From Diplonema japonicum (Eukaryota > Protista > Euglenozoa: Diplonemea), in contig OZ025653.1 in NCBI GenBank assembly GCA_964019335.1, positions 1 through 64,000 of the forward strand: a stretch of 64,000 nucleotides of DNA, in the 5' to 3' direction. A model generated the notes under the pieces. That model ran no database searches and was not told the origin of the DNA. It worked only from the letters and a program-made list of their open reading frames with translations. The translations under genes were made by a program, and so were the position numbers. Shown one piece after another: positions 10,069-20,686 of the stretch (position 1 is its first letter; the number at the start of each line of letters is the position of its first letter).

Positions 10069-12636
10069 TCATGCGGACTCGAACAAGAGACAGATGACCT
10101 GGTGCGCAGCAACTGAAGACTGATAGGCAACAGCACCGCTGTAAGTGGCCGATTTGCCAGATTGCATGTCGGTAACCTTCGTGGTGCCCAAAGGCAACCC
10201 GTACTGGGTAGGGTCCATAGTGAAGGAGAAGGCACCCCCGCCATTTCTCTGGACAGCGGTGATGACACATACAACAGACGTGGTACTTTCATGCAACCAG
10301 CAAGCACTCATGATGGGGTCGTAGCTGATGTCTATGTGCTCAGGGGTCCTGCTTGCCCTGGGATGCCCCTTCGAAGATACACGAGTAGTGGGTGTTGTCA
10401 GCTTCAGGTCTCGTGTAGCCCTACCGTACGTCAGCCACTTGTTCACAAGCAACTTCGCATTCGACAAAGCCCTTAGGTAGTCGATCTCAGGGGTATACTG
10501 AGGGTCGAGAAGCTGGTTGACAATCCCCATTGCAGGGTGCTGGTTGTCCCTTCCACCAAGCGAGAACCATCCCATCTGCGACCCAAACAGCAACATCTTT
10601 GCTATCTTGGAAGAAAATACATCCGGGTTAGTAAAATCCACCTGAAAAAACTCGGCTCCCATAGAGAAGAAGTACCCGCCGTAAATGGAACCAAACGCAT
10701 TCACAGTGTGCCTCGTACCAGCAAATGGCGCGCTACCGTAGCCAACAAGGGTCAAAAAGATGGTGACACCGTCCATGAAGGGCTCTGCGTTGGACTCTGT
10801 GAGGACAACAGCATTATTTCCCACCTGGCTCCTGACCTTATTGAGAAGCTGCTTGTAGCCGGACACCCAGTGACTGCCCCCACCAAGCGTGTGATTGTGC
10901 GTCTTGTCCCAGCAAGGGCGAGGCCCTGCAGCCGCGATCTGGTCGATGTACACGCCGTTGGTGCCGAGGTCTTTCACGATCGTGCCAGAGACGTTGCTGA
11001 TGACATCCTGCCAGTAGGTGGTGTGGGGGCACATAACGTTGAAGACAGCGTGGCTACCGTACGACTCCTCGTATGTGGATAGGTCAGACTTGGAAGGATC
11101 CAGTCTGGGAGGGGACTGCTTTGCCGCCCAGCTTACAGCATTGTCCTTTTGCCATGTCTCGGTTGCGATGTCGAAAATGCGCCCGTTGATGTACGGGGCG
11201 ACCTTCACGCCCTGGTTCTGCATTTGCTTCAAGTTTTCAGCAAATCCAGTTCTCGTTGGGAAGTATTCGGGATAATGCGTGTCGAAACCACAAGTAACTT
11301 CAGTCCCGCAATCGGTATAGTTTGACCCCTGCTTGTAGCCAAGGAGATCCCACTCGTACCAATGCAAACCAAGATTTGCATGGGGTCCCAAGTCAAACCT
11401 CTGGTTAACGGCGAGCACTCTTTGCTTTACAACCTCCGGGTCACCCCCTGACGTGTTGAATATATCGTTACCCTGCCAATGCGAGTTGACCCACGTGGTA
11501 GTGTTCAACAACCAATCTGGAATATCAGTCCTGTTTTCCACGGGTCCCTTTTGAGTCCATGCTGCTGAACTGAGTGCCCATGGACGGTAAATCTGTGTAG
11601 AGTCCCACCAGTCACCGTCAAAGAGGGCCAGGACAACAGGGTAGCCGACAACATGCGTCGATGAGGGCACACCGGCATCTGCAGCAGTAGCAGAAATGCT
11701 AAGTGCAGCGGACGGGTTCGGAGAGCTTGACTTTACATTGAATGCGAAATGTTTGGAAGACCCTTTGGCGTCGTGAGCGGCGAAGTACAAACCACTGTAT
11801 GGCTGAGCCTCATCGTACAAAGACATAAATTGATACGTGCCCTGCGGGTAATCGTTGCCAAAGCTGCTACAAGCTACAGGTGGTGTGTACCCCTTGTGGC
11901 ACACTGGAAGATTCGTTATCATCCAAGAGTTCTCGTTATCGGGAGAAGGCTCGAAGGAGATCCCACCACGCAACTGGTAGGAGCCTTCGCTCAGCGTAAT
12001 ACCAGTACAGCTCTGCATGGCTTCGCAAGCTGCTTGTGCTTCGCTCAAAGTGCTGTGACCGGGGCAGCCCGCAGTGCCACCACCAGGACACGACGGGATG
12101 TACTCTCCCTGGTGCATGGGGCCCCAAGTACAGTTGTCAGCCTGACTCTTCACGGCTGATACGCCGCACTCGTGCAAAATACCAAACCCATGGTTCTCCA
12201 AGGCTCTGCTTGAAGGTGCAAGTGCTGCAGGCCCCACGCCCATGGACCAGCCCCATACCGCTACGTTCGGTGACATTTTAAAACTTAGCTGGAAGCTGAG
12301 TTGCATTCCCACCATAGTGGCAACTACTGACGCGTTGACGTGACCAGACCCTACAGGGATGTTGTTCCAATACATCATCATCTGGTTCGGGTTGGCCAAG
12401 TGGATGTTCTCACATGCAGACGATGAGCTGATACTGTGCTGGCCCGATCCTGTCACGATGGTAGCTTCCCAGAGGTTAGCAGGCACCTCGCCGGTGCGCA
12501 TTATATTCGGCCCCTTGGCTGCCTTGAGCTGAAGCAACGACCCAAACCTTGGTGCATCACTAAACGTGACTACGGCCTCGTCATTGCGAAGCTGGAAAGG
12601 CGCAGCAAAGGCACATGCTGCAAAAATGATGTTCAT
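10069..12636 (-). CDS. Secreted DUF6259-like putative glycoside hydrolase with a Cys-rich PAN/apple-like insert
   Basis: Short hydrophobic N-terminus. Motifs LHWYEW, FDTHYPEYFP, PYINGRIFD, MCPHTTYWQ, GVYIDQIAA and TESNAEP are typical of the bacterial DUF6259 family. No intron needed. Confidence 0.7.
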   Translation of the reverse strand: MNIIFAACAFAAPFQLRNDEAVVTFSDAPRFGSLLQLKAAKGPNIMRTGEVPANLWEATIVTGSGQHSISSSSACENIHLANPNQMMMYWNNIPVGSGHVNASVVATMVGMQLSFQLSFKMSPNVAVWGWSMGVGPAALAPSSRALENHGFGILHECGVSAVKSQADNCTWGPMHQGEYIPSCPGGGTAGCPGHSTLSEAQAACEAMQSCTGITLSEGSYQLRGGISFEPSPDNENSWMITNLPVCHKGYTPPVACSSFGNDYPQGTYQFMSLYDEAQPYSGLYFAAHDAKGSSKHFAFNVKSSSPNPSAALSISATAADAGVPSSTHVVGYPVVLALFDGDWWDSTQIYRPWALSSAAWTQKGPVENRTDIPDWLLNTTTWVNSHWQGNDIFNTSGGDPEVVKQRVLAVNQRFDLGPHANLGLHWYEWDLLGYKQGSNYTDCGTEVTCGFDTHYPEYFPTRTGFAENLKQMQNQGVKVAPYINGRIFDIATETWQKDNAVSWAAKQSPPRLDPSKSDLSTYEESYGSHAVFNVMCPHTTYWQDVISNVSGTIVKDLGTNGVYIDQIAAAGPRPCWDKTHNHTLGGGSHWVSGYKQLLNKVRSQVGNNAVVLTESNAEPFMDGVTIFLTLVGYGSAPFAGTRHTVNAFGSIYGGYFFSMGAEFFQVDFTNPDVFSSKIAKMLLFGSQMGWFSLGGRDNQHPAMGIVNQLLDPQYTPEIDYLRALSNAKLLVNKWLTYGRATRDLKLTTPTTRVSSKGHPRASRTPEHIDISYDPIMSACWLHESTTSVVCVITAVQRNGGGAFSFTMDPTQYGLPLGTTKVTDMQSGKSATYSGAVAYQSSVAAHQVICLLFESA

Positions 12637-12707
12637 CTTTCTGGAAATAAGTATAAAATACAGCAGTTTTAGGTGACGATTATACAATACAACTAAACTA
12701 CTACTGG

Positions 12708-15139
12708 TTATACAACAGGCTTCTGCCACTGCTTACGCCCATCGGTGTGAATGTAAAACAAATCCCCACGAGTGCTCTCAACTAAACGCCACCCGTAAGG
12801 GAGTGGCTCGTTATCTGAAAACAGTACGTAATCCTTCGTTAACAGCATACCTGGCTCCGGCTCTGGACCGTACCGCCGAACGAGAGCAGCCATTAGATCT
12901 TCTTCATAACCTTTGTACTCTTTCAAACAGCTGCTAACACTAGGCAGCTTCGAGGGGTTGTACACCTGATAGAATCTACATAGTCGCTTCCGATAATGAT
13001 AGAACCGATCAGCCTGGGTCATGTCTGCATTACTTGAAACAATACCTCTTGCTGTGGGCTCATGTTTATGTCTGGTGTACCAAAATTGTCATATTGCTGC
13101 TGAGGTACATCGCTACGACTTGGTGACTGAGATGAATGGAATGAATATTACAAAGGGATAAGGCATACATAATGCGGCGAGCTATGGGCAGATGGATCCG
13201 GTGTCATAATAGAGCCGTAGTGCGCAGCTTCGTGTGGGAATACTGCTTCTGTCTGTGCCGGACTCATCTGTGGAGGTTCGTTGAGCCGCGCTGTCGGCAG
13301 TGACTTAGCCAAGAGTTCAACATTAGACAGCAGCTGGGTGTCGCCATCGATGTCGTTGTACAGCGGTGCTTGGGTGTGCCCAGCACGCTGAGGGTTCCTG
13401 CAGGAGATAGAGAATGTATAATCATTACCTGTGCTCTATATCCCAGCAGTTAAGACACAGCTTCATTTGACAGTGGGAACACATTACGCTTGCAGGTCGT
13501 GACTCAATGTCTCCACACACGTCACAAGGGAGAAGCAGAAGCCTTTTAGGATGCCCACGACGTGCAGGCATTCTGTGCTCGGTATTCCTGCAATATTCTG
13601 GAAACGCCAAACCACACATTCATACCAACACGCCTCGCAAAGTAACTCTGGCGACAGAGGGTCGCACTCTTTACATTGATACATTGCCGCGTAGCCATCG
13701 GCTGACGAACATATGGTACACACCCGCTCGCTAGGTGTCTTTACAAAGGCCCCGTACTGATCTATGTCAAAAGCAGCTATCGGGCACTCTACTGTCTGAC
13801 TGTCGATGGTTGCAGGGCGGAAGATGCCATCTTCGCCTCCTGGGTAGAGGAACTGTGTTTGATGTTCGCGTCTGCTTGGGTTCTTGTGTTCATTGTACCA
13901 GCACTGTTTACACAGTAGCAGTCGACAGGCGTCACAATACCACAAAGCTGCCTGCTGCGTTCCACTGGCGGGGCACAGATCGCACTCATAGTACAACAAG
14001 TACTGCTGATGGTGGGATCTCTTCTTATTCTTGTGCTCATGATACCAGCAAGTCTCACAGAACTTGCCATCACAGTCAATGCAAACGAAGACGGCCTGCC
14101 TTGCACCGTCTTCAAGCATCCCATCGCCACACTGTGTGCACGCACGGTCCGTCGAGAACTGGCCAAAAGGCTCACCGTTTGCCTTAACCTCCGCGGAGGC
14201 TGCCGGTGAAGGTGCCACGTGCGGCTTTCCTGTGACCCCGCAAAAGGGCTGGGTAAGGTCATTATCACAATCAGAGCACTTTGTTGGCTGCTCAGGCTGC
14301 ACTTGCTCTTGCTCCGGTTTATTCCCAGATTCTTCAGCGGGCTCAGTGGCCTCTTCCTTCGGTTCAGGTGCTTTCTCACCAATTGTAACACCTTTGCTCG
14401 CGAGCTTATCTCGTAGAATCTGCATCTCTGACTCATTCTGTTTTGTTCTAAAGAAATAAGCATAAGTATACCAAGTCATCCTGCAACGCAACAATGATGT
14501 CGCCCCCATTGCAACCGCTGTGATTGCATTTGAATGCCTCGACAGTTGCATCCCAGTCGCGCCCGTCCTGTACGCTGTCCACACAGTCGTAGATGGCTTG
14601 TTCATTCGTCCCGAGGCCGTCGATCGCGTCGAAGATCTTCTTTGCTGCCTCGTCAGCATTGAAGTCGCTAGCTTTTGTTACTTCTGCCTCTGCCTCTGCT
14701 TCTGTCTCTTTACCTGCCTCTGCTTCTTTATCTGCCTCTCCCTCACCTTTTGTCTCACCCTCACCCTCAGTAACTCGTTTTGCATACATTAAACACATCT
14801 GTTCATCACCTTCTTCTAAGTCCGGCGACGCAAAGCCTTCGTCTGCAGGGCTGCGGCTCATATCAATTGCTGCACCTTGTTCAATATTGGGCAGCTGTGA
14901 AACGTTGGCCACTTTCCTTCAGACATACCACGCCAATCCCCTGAAACAAATTAACATCACTAATAGTGCTAACCCCCAGCTGCTTGCTCATCTCCTCGGC
15001 ATAGGTACTCAAGGGCATAGAGCTGACATGATTGAGGATGTTATCTCGCATACCTGTCGACCTGAACGTGCGGGTTGTCGGTCGGCACCTCTTTCGCAGG
15101 CCAGTCATCCCCAACAATTACAAGCAAAAGCTGACTCAT
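12708..15139 (-). CDS. Multidomain protein: Ubl-like N-terminus, single annexin-like repeat, tandem B-box-type zinc fingers, C-terminal WW domain (8 exons)
   Basis: Seven GT-AG introns (15023-15053, 14895-14928, 14438-14471, 13588-13625, 13398-13428, 13127-13168, 13052-13080) give one continuous frame. Motifs: IFDAIDGLGTNEQAI, CxxC..LCxxCWxxEH (x4), LPYGWRLVESTRGDLFYIHTDGRKQWQKP. Confidence 0.75.
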
Positions 15140-15216
15140 ATATATTTCGTCTGTCCTGTAAAGGTCAAAATACTGGAACGAGCAAAAAACGGGCAGGGTA
15201 CCATCAAGTACAACCT

Positions 15217-16041
15217 CTAACGATCTTGAACTCTCATGCCTGCAAGGAGATAATTAACAGATGAGTCGGACGTGAGGGTCCAGTCGTACTGAGGGCAGGA
15301 GGTCTGTGATGTGTTGGTTACAAGCAAAGGCTCACATACGAAGGATGGCATGGGGGTCATGCCCTTGATGTCGGTGACAACAAAGTCAGGGCGCAGCTTC
15401 CTGGTGAGGTCCTCCGGTGATATGAACTTGTTCCAGTCATGCGTTCCGACAGGTACCATCCTGGCAAGGTGCTCGGCAATGGCTATGCCGAGTGCCCAGG
15501 ATAAGAGATTCTTGTTGATCGTTGACATCATCAACATGCTCCCCTCATCTGTCAGTGCTGCTAGCGACTGTATGAAGCTGTCTGTAGACGACACGTGCTC
15601 TATAATCTCCAGTGCTGTCACAACATCGAACCTTGCCCCCTCCGCTACTAAGTCTTCGGCAGAGCAACACTCATATGAGAGGTTCCCAGCAAGATCACTT
15701 GATTCGCTCTTCAGCCGCAGCCGTCCAACTTCAATTGCATCCTTGTTTGCATCAATACCCACCACCTGCGCCCCTAACCTCGCCAACGCCTCGCTTGCAA
15801 TACCAGCACCACAGCCGACATCGAGTAATTTGATGCCACGCAGTGGCTCCGTCAGGGATCCCAACCCCTTCTCACGAACAACAACATCTTTGATCCATTT
15901 AACCCGAACAGGATTCATGCGATGCAGCTCCTTCATTGGCCCCTCACGATCCCACCATTGTGGCGTAAGCTTCGCAAACTTGTTTATCTCATCAGCATCC
16001 ACTGAACCCCACCTTCTCTGCACCACACGTACACTCCGCAT
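15217..16041 (-). CDS. COQ3: Ubiquinone biosynthesis O-methyltransferase (UbiG/Coq3)
   Basis: SVDADEINKF..WWDREGPMKELHRMNPVR, LLDVGCGAG, LEIIEHV, GTHDWNKFISPE. Probable 36-nt in-frame intron at 15304-15339. Confidence 0.93.
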   Translation of the reverse strand: MRSVRVVQRRWGSVDADEINKFAKLTPQWWDREGPMKELHRMNPVRVKWIKDVVVREKGLGSLTEPLRGIKLLDVGCGAGIASEALARLGAQVVGIDANKDAIEVGRLRLKSESSDLAGNLSYECCSAEDLVAEGARFDVVTALEIIEHVSSTDSFIQSLAALTDEGSMLMMSTINKNLLSWALGIAIAEHLARMVPVGTHDWNKFISPEDLTRKLRPDFVVTDIKGMTPMPSFVCEPLLVTNTSQTSCPQYDWTLTSDSSVNYLLAGMRVQDR

Positions 16042-16142
16042 GTTCTGCGTAAATTGAAAATAGGGATAAAAAAACAGTAAACAACACAGTACAATCCCCA
16101 AAGGTGACCACACTTTATATGTTCATCTAAGATCTAAACAAC

Positions 16143-19100
16143 TCATTTTAGGTACGCCTGCTTCAACAAATCCAGCCCGTATGAAGATTCAGCACCGCAG
16201 AGCACATGTAGCCCGTTGCCAGAATTGGAAAAGAAGTCAGCCGTCCCCAGGTTCAGCAAGGTGTCGTCCTTTGAAGCGTCTAAAAGCCCTAGCCCCTTGA
16301 AACCAGGGCTTGACAGGATGTTAGCGGATGGAGTCCCTTCACCATCAAGCAAACCAAGGTGAACGTATCTGAAGTCAGAAGCCTCCTTGAGCAGCCTAAT
16401 ACCTCCACTAGACTGGTGAACAACATTTGGCACTGCATCTAAGGCATCACCATCACAGCTCCTGAACTCGAGGTCTTCCTGGTTGACCTCATCTCGCGAC
16501 AAGCACACCTGCTTCTCCAAGGCAGCTACTCTGGTGGCAAATGTGACAGCTGCTGCTTCCGCTTCCTCGCGTTCATGTTCAGCGGCCTTTCTTGCGTACT
16601 GACAGACTTCGATCTCCTTCTCGAGATGTCCAATGATCTTTGAGGCGTGTTCGGCGCCACCCCCCTTGCGCTCGTAGGCCCCACACTTCTCCTCCAAAAT
16701 AGCCACGTACTCTTCTAACTCAACACATCGTACCTGCAGGTCTGCAGCGTGCTGACCAGCGGCTTCGGACTCAGCCTTATGCGAATGAGCAGCAACAAGA
16801 GCTTCCATCAATTTGCGCTCCATCTCACCTGTCTCTTCATACAAGCTAACCTGCTCTTCAATCCTTTCCGTTCTCTCCTGCATCAGCTCCAAGGAATGTG
16901 CTTCTTTCGCATTGCTCAAGCAACTTATCTTTGCTTCCAGCTCAGCAATCCTCTCTTTCTGATGCCCTGAACCCGATGAAGACGACGACGATGAACGCAT
17001 TTCGGTCTCTACTGCTTCCCCAGGTGTGCCCTCCTCCAGCATCTGCTTCACATGCGCAGTTGCAGTCTCATGCGCACTGAGCTTGCCCCCGTCCGCCTTG
17101 CTATTTGCTTCTGCCAATGCGTCAACAAGCTGGTCGTACTCATCATTCAACTGTTTCAATTGCACATCCTTCTCAGATGTCTCGACCTCTAAGTTGCTAA
17201 CCTCTTTTGAGAGCATGTTAACCTTGTTGTTGGACTCGAACAGAGCAGCCTCAAGGGATGCTGACCTCTCCTTCTCATCGCTGAGCTGCATCTGCAACAT
17301 GTTGTCCACACTGTCAGATGACGACGATGACGAGCCATCATCGAGCTTTGCATGCATTTGCTCTTCTTTCTCCTTCAATGTGCTTTTTAACAGGGCTGCT
17401 TGCTGCTGTGCTTCTTCCAATTCAAAGACTCGCTGTTTGTACTCGTTTACATCCGTAACTAATACCATATTCTCCTCCCTCAAAGCAAGATTGCACTCTT
17501 TTTCTGCATGCAGAGCATCCTCAATATGCTGCAAACTGACCTGTTCGCTTTGCCTGTTCTCATTCCGAAGCTCTTGAATGTTCTCGTGCAAAGCCTCGAT
17601 CTGGTCTGCCCTCTGCGAAGCGGAGACCTTTGCCTCTTCCAGTGCTGCCAACAATGAAGCCTTCTCTGTTTCATGAGCTTCCAATTGCTGACTAGTCACC
17701 ACCCGCTCCTTGCTGATGGTGTCATGCAGCTGCTTGCACTCATCTTCCATCCGAACCAGTGCCTGCTGATCGTCTATGGTGGTTCCATCCTTTTGTTCTA
17801 GTGAAGCTTTGTCCATTAATGCTGCCTCTTCCACAGAACCCATGAGCTGATTGTAGACATCATTCAGTTGCCTCAACTGCACATCCTTCTCAGAAGTCGC
17901 TACCTCTAGATTGCTGACCTCTTCTGAAAGCTTGTCAATCTTGTTATTTGACTCTACCAAAGCAGCTTCAAGCGACGCAGATCTTTCTTTCTCATCACTG
18001 AGCTGAATCTGCAACATGTTGCTTCCACTGTCAGAAGAAGAAGAAGACGAGTCGTCCCCTTGCCTTACAAGAGCTTGCAACTCATCGATACGTATGTCAC
18101 GGGTTTCAATCTCGGCTTCCAGTTCTTTGCTTCTCTCTTGCACCCCTGTATTATGCTCCCGTTCTTGGCTCAAAGTTAGCAACGTCTTTTGGCAATCTTC
18201 TTGCAACTGCTGAGCAAGTGCAGTTTGACGCGCTGCCTCTGTTCTTGCACCATCAAGTTCTATTTCGAGTTCACCGGAGCTAATTTGGGCTGCGTCCAGA
18301 ACATGTTGCATTCTGGCTATCTCTGCTTCCTTTCCTTCAAGAATACCACACTGATCTTCGAACGAAGCTTCGTGCTGTCTTGCTGCATCCGAGGCACGGC
18401 TAACTTCCCCTTCGAGCTCGCTTAGCCTGTGCTGCAGGGCACTGTTCTCGTCCTCCAATTCTACTATACGCCCATGTTGCACTTTATGCTGATCCGCAGT
18501 ATCAGCAAGCTTAGCTTCCTCTAGGAGCACTAGAAGAGAAGAATTCTCCCGTAATGCGGCATCCCTCTCTGTTGTCAGAACGCTGAAGGTGTCTGCTCGT
18601 TCAACTTGTTCTTGGCGTAGAATGTCATTAAGCTGTAGGTATTCATCTTGTAGCTGCTTAATCTGAACGTCACTTTCATCCTTTTGGGCGGCTGCCGTCG
18701 CGGCCTCTTCATTAAGCACTTCGACCTTGTTGTTGGACTCGAACAGAGCAGCCTCAAGGGATGCTGACCTCTCCTTCTCGTCGCTGAGCTGCATCTGCAA
18801 CATGTTGTCCCCACTGTCAGATGACGATGACGAGCCGTCATCGAGTTTCGCACGCAGTTGCACAACCTCGTTCTGCAGCTCTTCTTTTTCTTTCAACATG
18901 CCTTCTAACAGGGCTGCTTGCCGCTGTGCCTGTTCTAAATCTGTGTTTCGTCGGCAACTCTCTTCCCGTTCCTCGCTCAGCGCTAACGACATGTGCTGAC
19001 AGTCATCTTGTAGCTGTCTGATGACTGAGTCTTTTTCGGCAACGGATCCTTCAAATGTCTTTTCATCTGAGAGGAGCCTTTCCTGAAGATCGCTGACAAA

Positions 19101-20603
19101 TTTCTCAGAATCCTTCAGCTTCGACTTCAATATGTGTTCCTCTGCTTCGCTCTCGCCTATCCTGCGATTTAGTTGTGCAACATCGTTTGCAGCATTGTGG
19201 AGCTGTTCCTGCAACGCTGCGCGCTCACCTTCTGCCTGCTGGGACTTAGATAACTCGTGGCGGACTTGCTTCAGCTGCTGCTCGAGATCGGTGCATGTCG
19301 CATTGCACCTGTCCAAGGAACCTTCTAGCTGGGTTATGCGTGAGTCCCGAACCTTAATGTCGTTGTCCCTCCCTTCTGCGAGATCTTCTAAGCCCACCAG
19401 CTTCTGCTGAACCGTTGTCTCGTGCTGCTTGAGGATCTTGTTAGACTCTGCAAGATGATTGTAACGCGACTGCAAATCAGAAGCCACCTCCTCCTTCTGC
19501 GACAATTGCTTCATCAACTGCTCTTTTTCATCCTGCAGGCTCAAGCACTCATTCTTCTGCTTGTGGAGTTGGGTTTGCATAGATGTTGACCGATCCTGCT
19601 CTGCAGCGCACCTTTCCTGCAAAGCCAGTAGCTCGTTGCGTACATCAGGGTCTCCTTTTTTCTCTTTCAAGGTCTTTAAGTCTTTCTGCAAAGAAAGAAT
19701 AGTGCTCGCCGATTCCCTCAACTTCTTGCCATCGGCTTCTGTCCTGGCGGTGTGCATGCTTCGTGCGGACCGAAACTCAGAATCTACCCGCTTGAGATCA
19801 TCATTCGATTGACGCAGCTGCCTCTCTAGTGACTGCACCTTTTGGTCGGTGTCGTGCTGCTGGCGAGAAGAATCTTTGTACTGTCGGAGCTCCGTTTCAA
19901 GCGCAGCTATGCGGGACTGTACCCTTCGCTTGTCAGCATCCCACGCAGTTTGCACCTCTTCGATTCGCTGTATCTCACTCGCGTGATTGTTCGCCTCTCG
20001 CGAACCTTGCACCTCACGAAGCTGCTTGGCTAAGTTACGCGACTCCTGCTGCGAAGCCTCCAATGCCGCCTGTGGTATTTCTTCAGATGGGATACCATAC
20101 CTGAAGGCTTCTTGACAATGCCTGGGATTCACTATCTCTTGAGAGCATCGGAGACTGCCTGTAGTAGCCAATACGAGGGGACACTGCGGGGGGTAGCAGC
20201 CTATCGCGCGACAGAGTAGGCACGGGACTAGTTCTCGGTCCAGGGGGCTGCGGTGATACAGGGGGACCGGAGCTACGGACATTGGGACCCGAGCTATGGA
20301 TTGTGGGACCAGAGCTATGTACTCGCTTTGAAGAGTACTCGGAAACATAAGGGCTACGGAATCTATCGGCAGGCAGTGCCGGGGCGTCAACACCACCCAA
20401 GGGGCGGTACCTGCAAAGTGTGAGTCGGTCTTGATCAGTAACACACCTAGTGTCGGGCCTCGGTGGCGAATTAAATTCGCTCTCTCTACGGTATCTGTAA
20501 AATAAATAAAAGGAATTTTGGCAAATACCTTGAACTCAGTGGCACGCTGTATCTCTCTGAAACCGACGGGCTCAGGGGCCTCCGCTTCCCTTCCGCATGC
20601 CAT
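16143..20603 (-). CDS. Large coiled-coil protein with three internal repeats
   Basis: 1486-aa ORF rich in E/Q/K/L heptads, with (D)DxSSSSSDSxxNMLQxQLSDEKERSASLEAAL three times. The N-terminal exon structure is uncertain. Confidence 0.8.
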   Translation of the reverse strand: MACGREAEAPEPVGFREIQRATEFKVFAKIPFIYFTDTVERANLIRHRGPTLGVLLIKTDSHFAGTAPWVVLTPRHCLPIDSVALMFPSTLQSEYIALVPQSIARVPMSVAPVPLYHRSPLDRELVPCLLCRAIGCYPPQCPLVLATTGSLRCSQEIVNPRHCQEAFRYGIPSEEIPQAALEASQQESRNLAKQLREVQGSREANNHASEIQRIEEVQTAWDADKRRVQSRIAALETELRQYKDSSRQQHDTDQKVQSLERQLRQSNDDLKRVDSEFRSARSMHTARTEADGKKLRESASTILSLQKDLKTLKEKKGDPDVRNELLALQERCAAEQDRSTSMQTQLHKQKNECLSLQDEKEQLMKQLSQKEEVASDLQSRYNHLAESNKILKQHETTVQQKLVGLEDLAEGRDNDIKVRDSRITQLEGSLDRCNATCTDLEQQLKQVRHELSKSQQAEGERAALQEQLHNAANDVAQLNRRIGESEAEEHILKSKLKDSEKFVSDLQERLLSDEKTFEGSVAEKDSVIRQLQDDCQHMSLALSEEREESCRRNTDLEQAQRQAALLEGMLKEKEELQNEVVQLRAKLDDGSSSSSDSGDNMLQMQLSDEKERSASLEAALFESNNKVEVLNEEAATAAAQKDESDVQIKQLQDEYLQLNDILRQEQVERADTFSVLTTERDAALRENSSLLVLLEEAKLADTADQHKVQHGRIVELEDENSALQHRLSELEGEVSRASDAARQHEASFEDQCGILEGKEAEIARMQHVLDAAQISSGELEIELDGARTEAARQTALAQQLQEDCQKTLLTLSQEREHNTGVQERSKELEAEIETRDIRIDELQALVRQGDDSSSSSSDSGSNMLQIQLSDEKERSASLEAALVESNNKIDKLSEEVSNLEVATSEKDVQLRQLNDVYNQLMGSVEEAALMDKASLEQKDGTTIDDQQALVRMEDECKQLHDTISKERVVTSQQLEAHETEKASLLAALEEAKVSASQRADQIEALHENIQELRNENRQSEQVSLQHIEDALHAEKECNLALREENMVLVTDVNEYKQRVFELEEAQQQAALLKSTLKEKEEQMHAKLDDGSSSSSSDSVDNMLQMQLSDEKERSASLEAALFESNNKVNMLSKEVSNLEVETSEKDVQLKQLNDEYDQLVDALAEANSKADGGKLSAHETATAHVKQMLEEGTPGEAVETEMRSSSSSSSGSGHQKERIAELEAKISCLSNAKEAHSLELMQERTERIEEQVSLYEETGEMERKLMEALVAAHSHKAESEAAGQHAADLQVRCVELEEYVAILEEKCGAYERKGGGAEHASKIIGHLEKEIEVCQYARKAAEHEREEAEAAAVTFATRVAALEKQVCLSRDEVNQEDLEFRSCDGDALDAVPNVVHQSSGGIRLLKEASDFRYVHLGLLDGEGTPSANILSSPGFKGLGLLDASKDDTLLNLGTADFFSNSGNGLHVLCGAESSYGLDLLKQAYLK

Positions 20604-20686
20604 GACATGTCGTACCTGGTGGATTGTGCTGATAGAAGGGCTTGATATCTAATATTCTTCGTTAAATACTTACACTCCCAGAGTAA

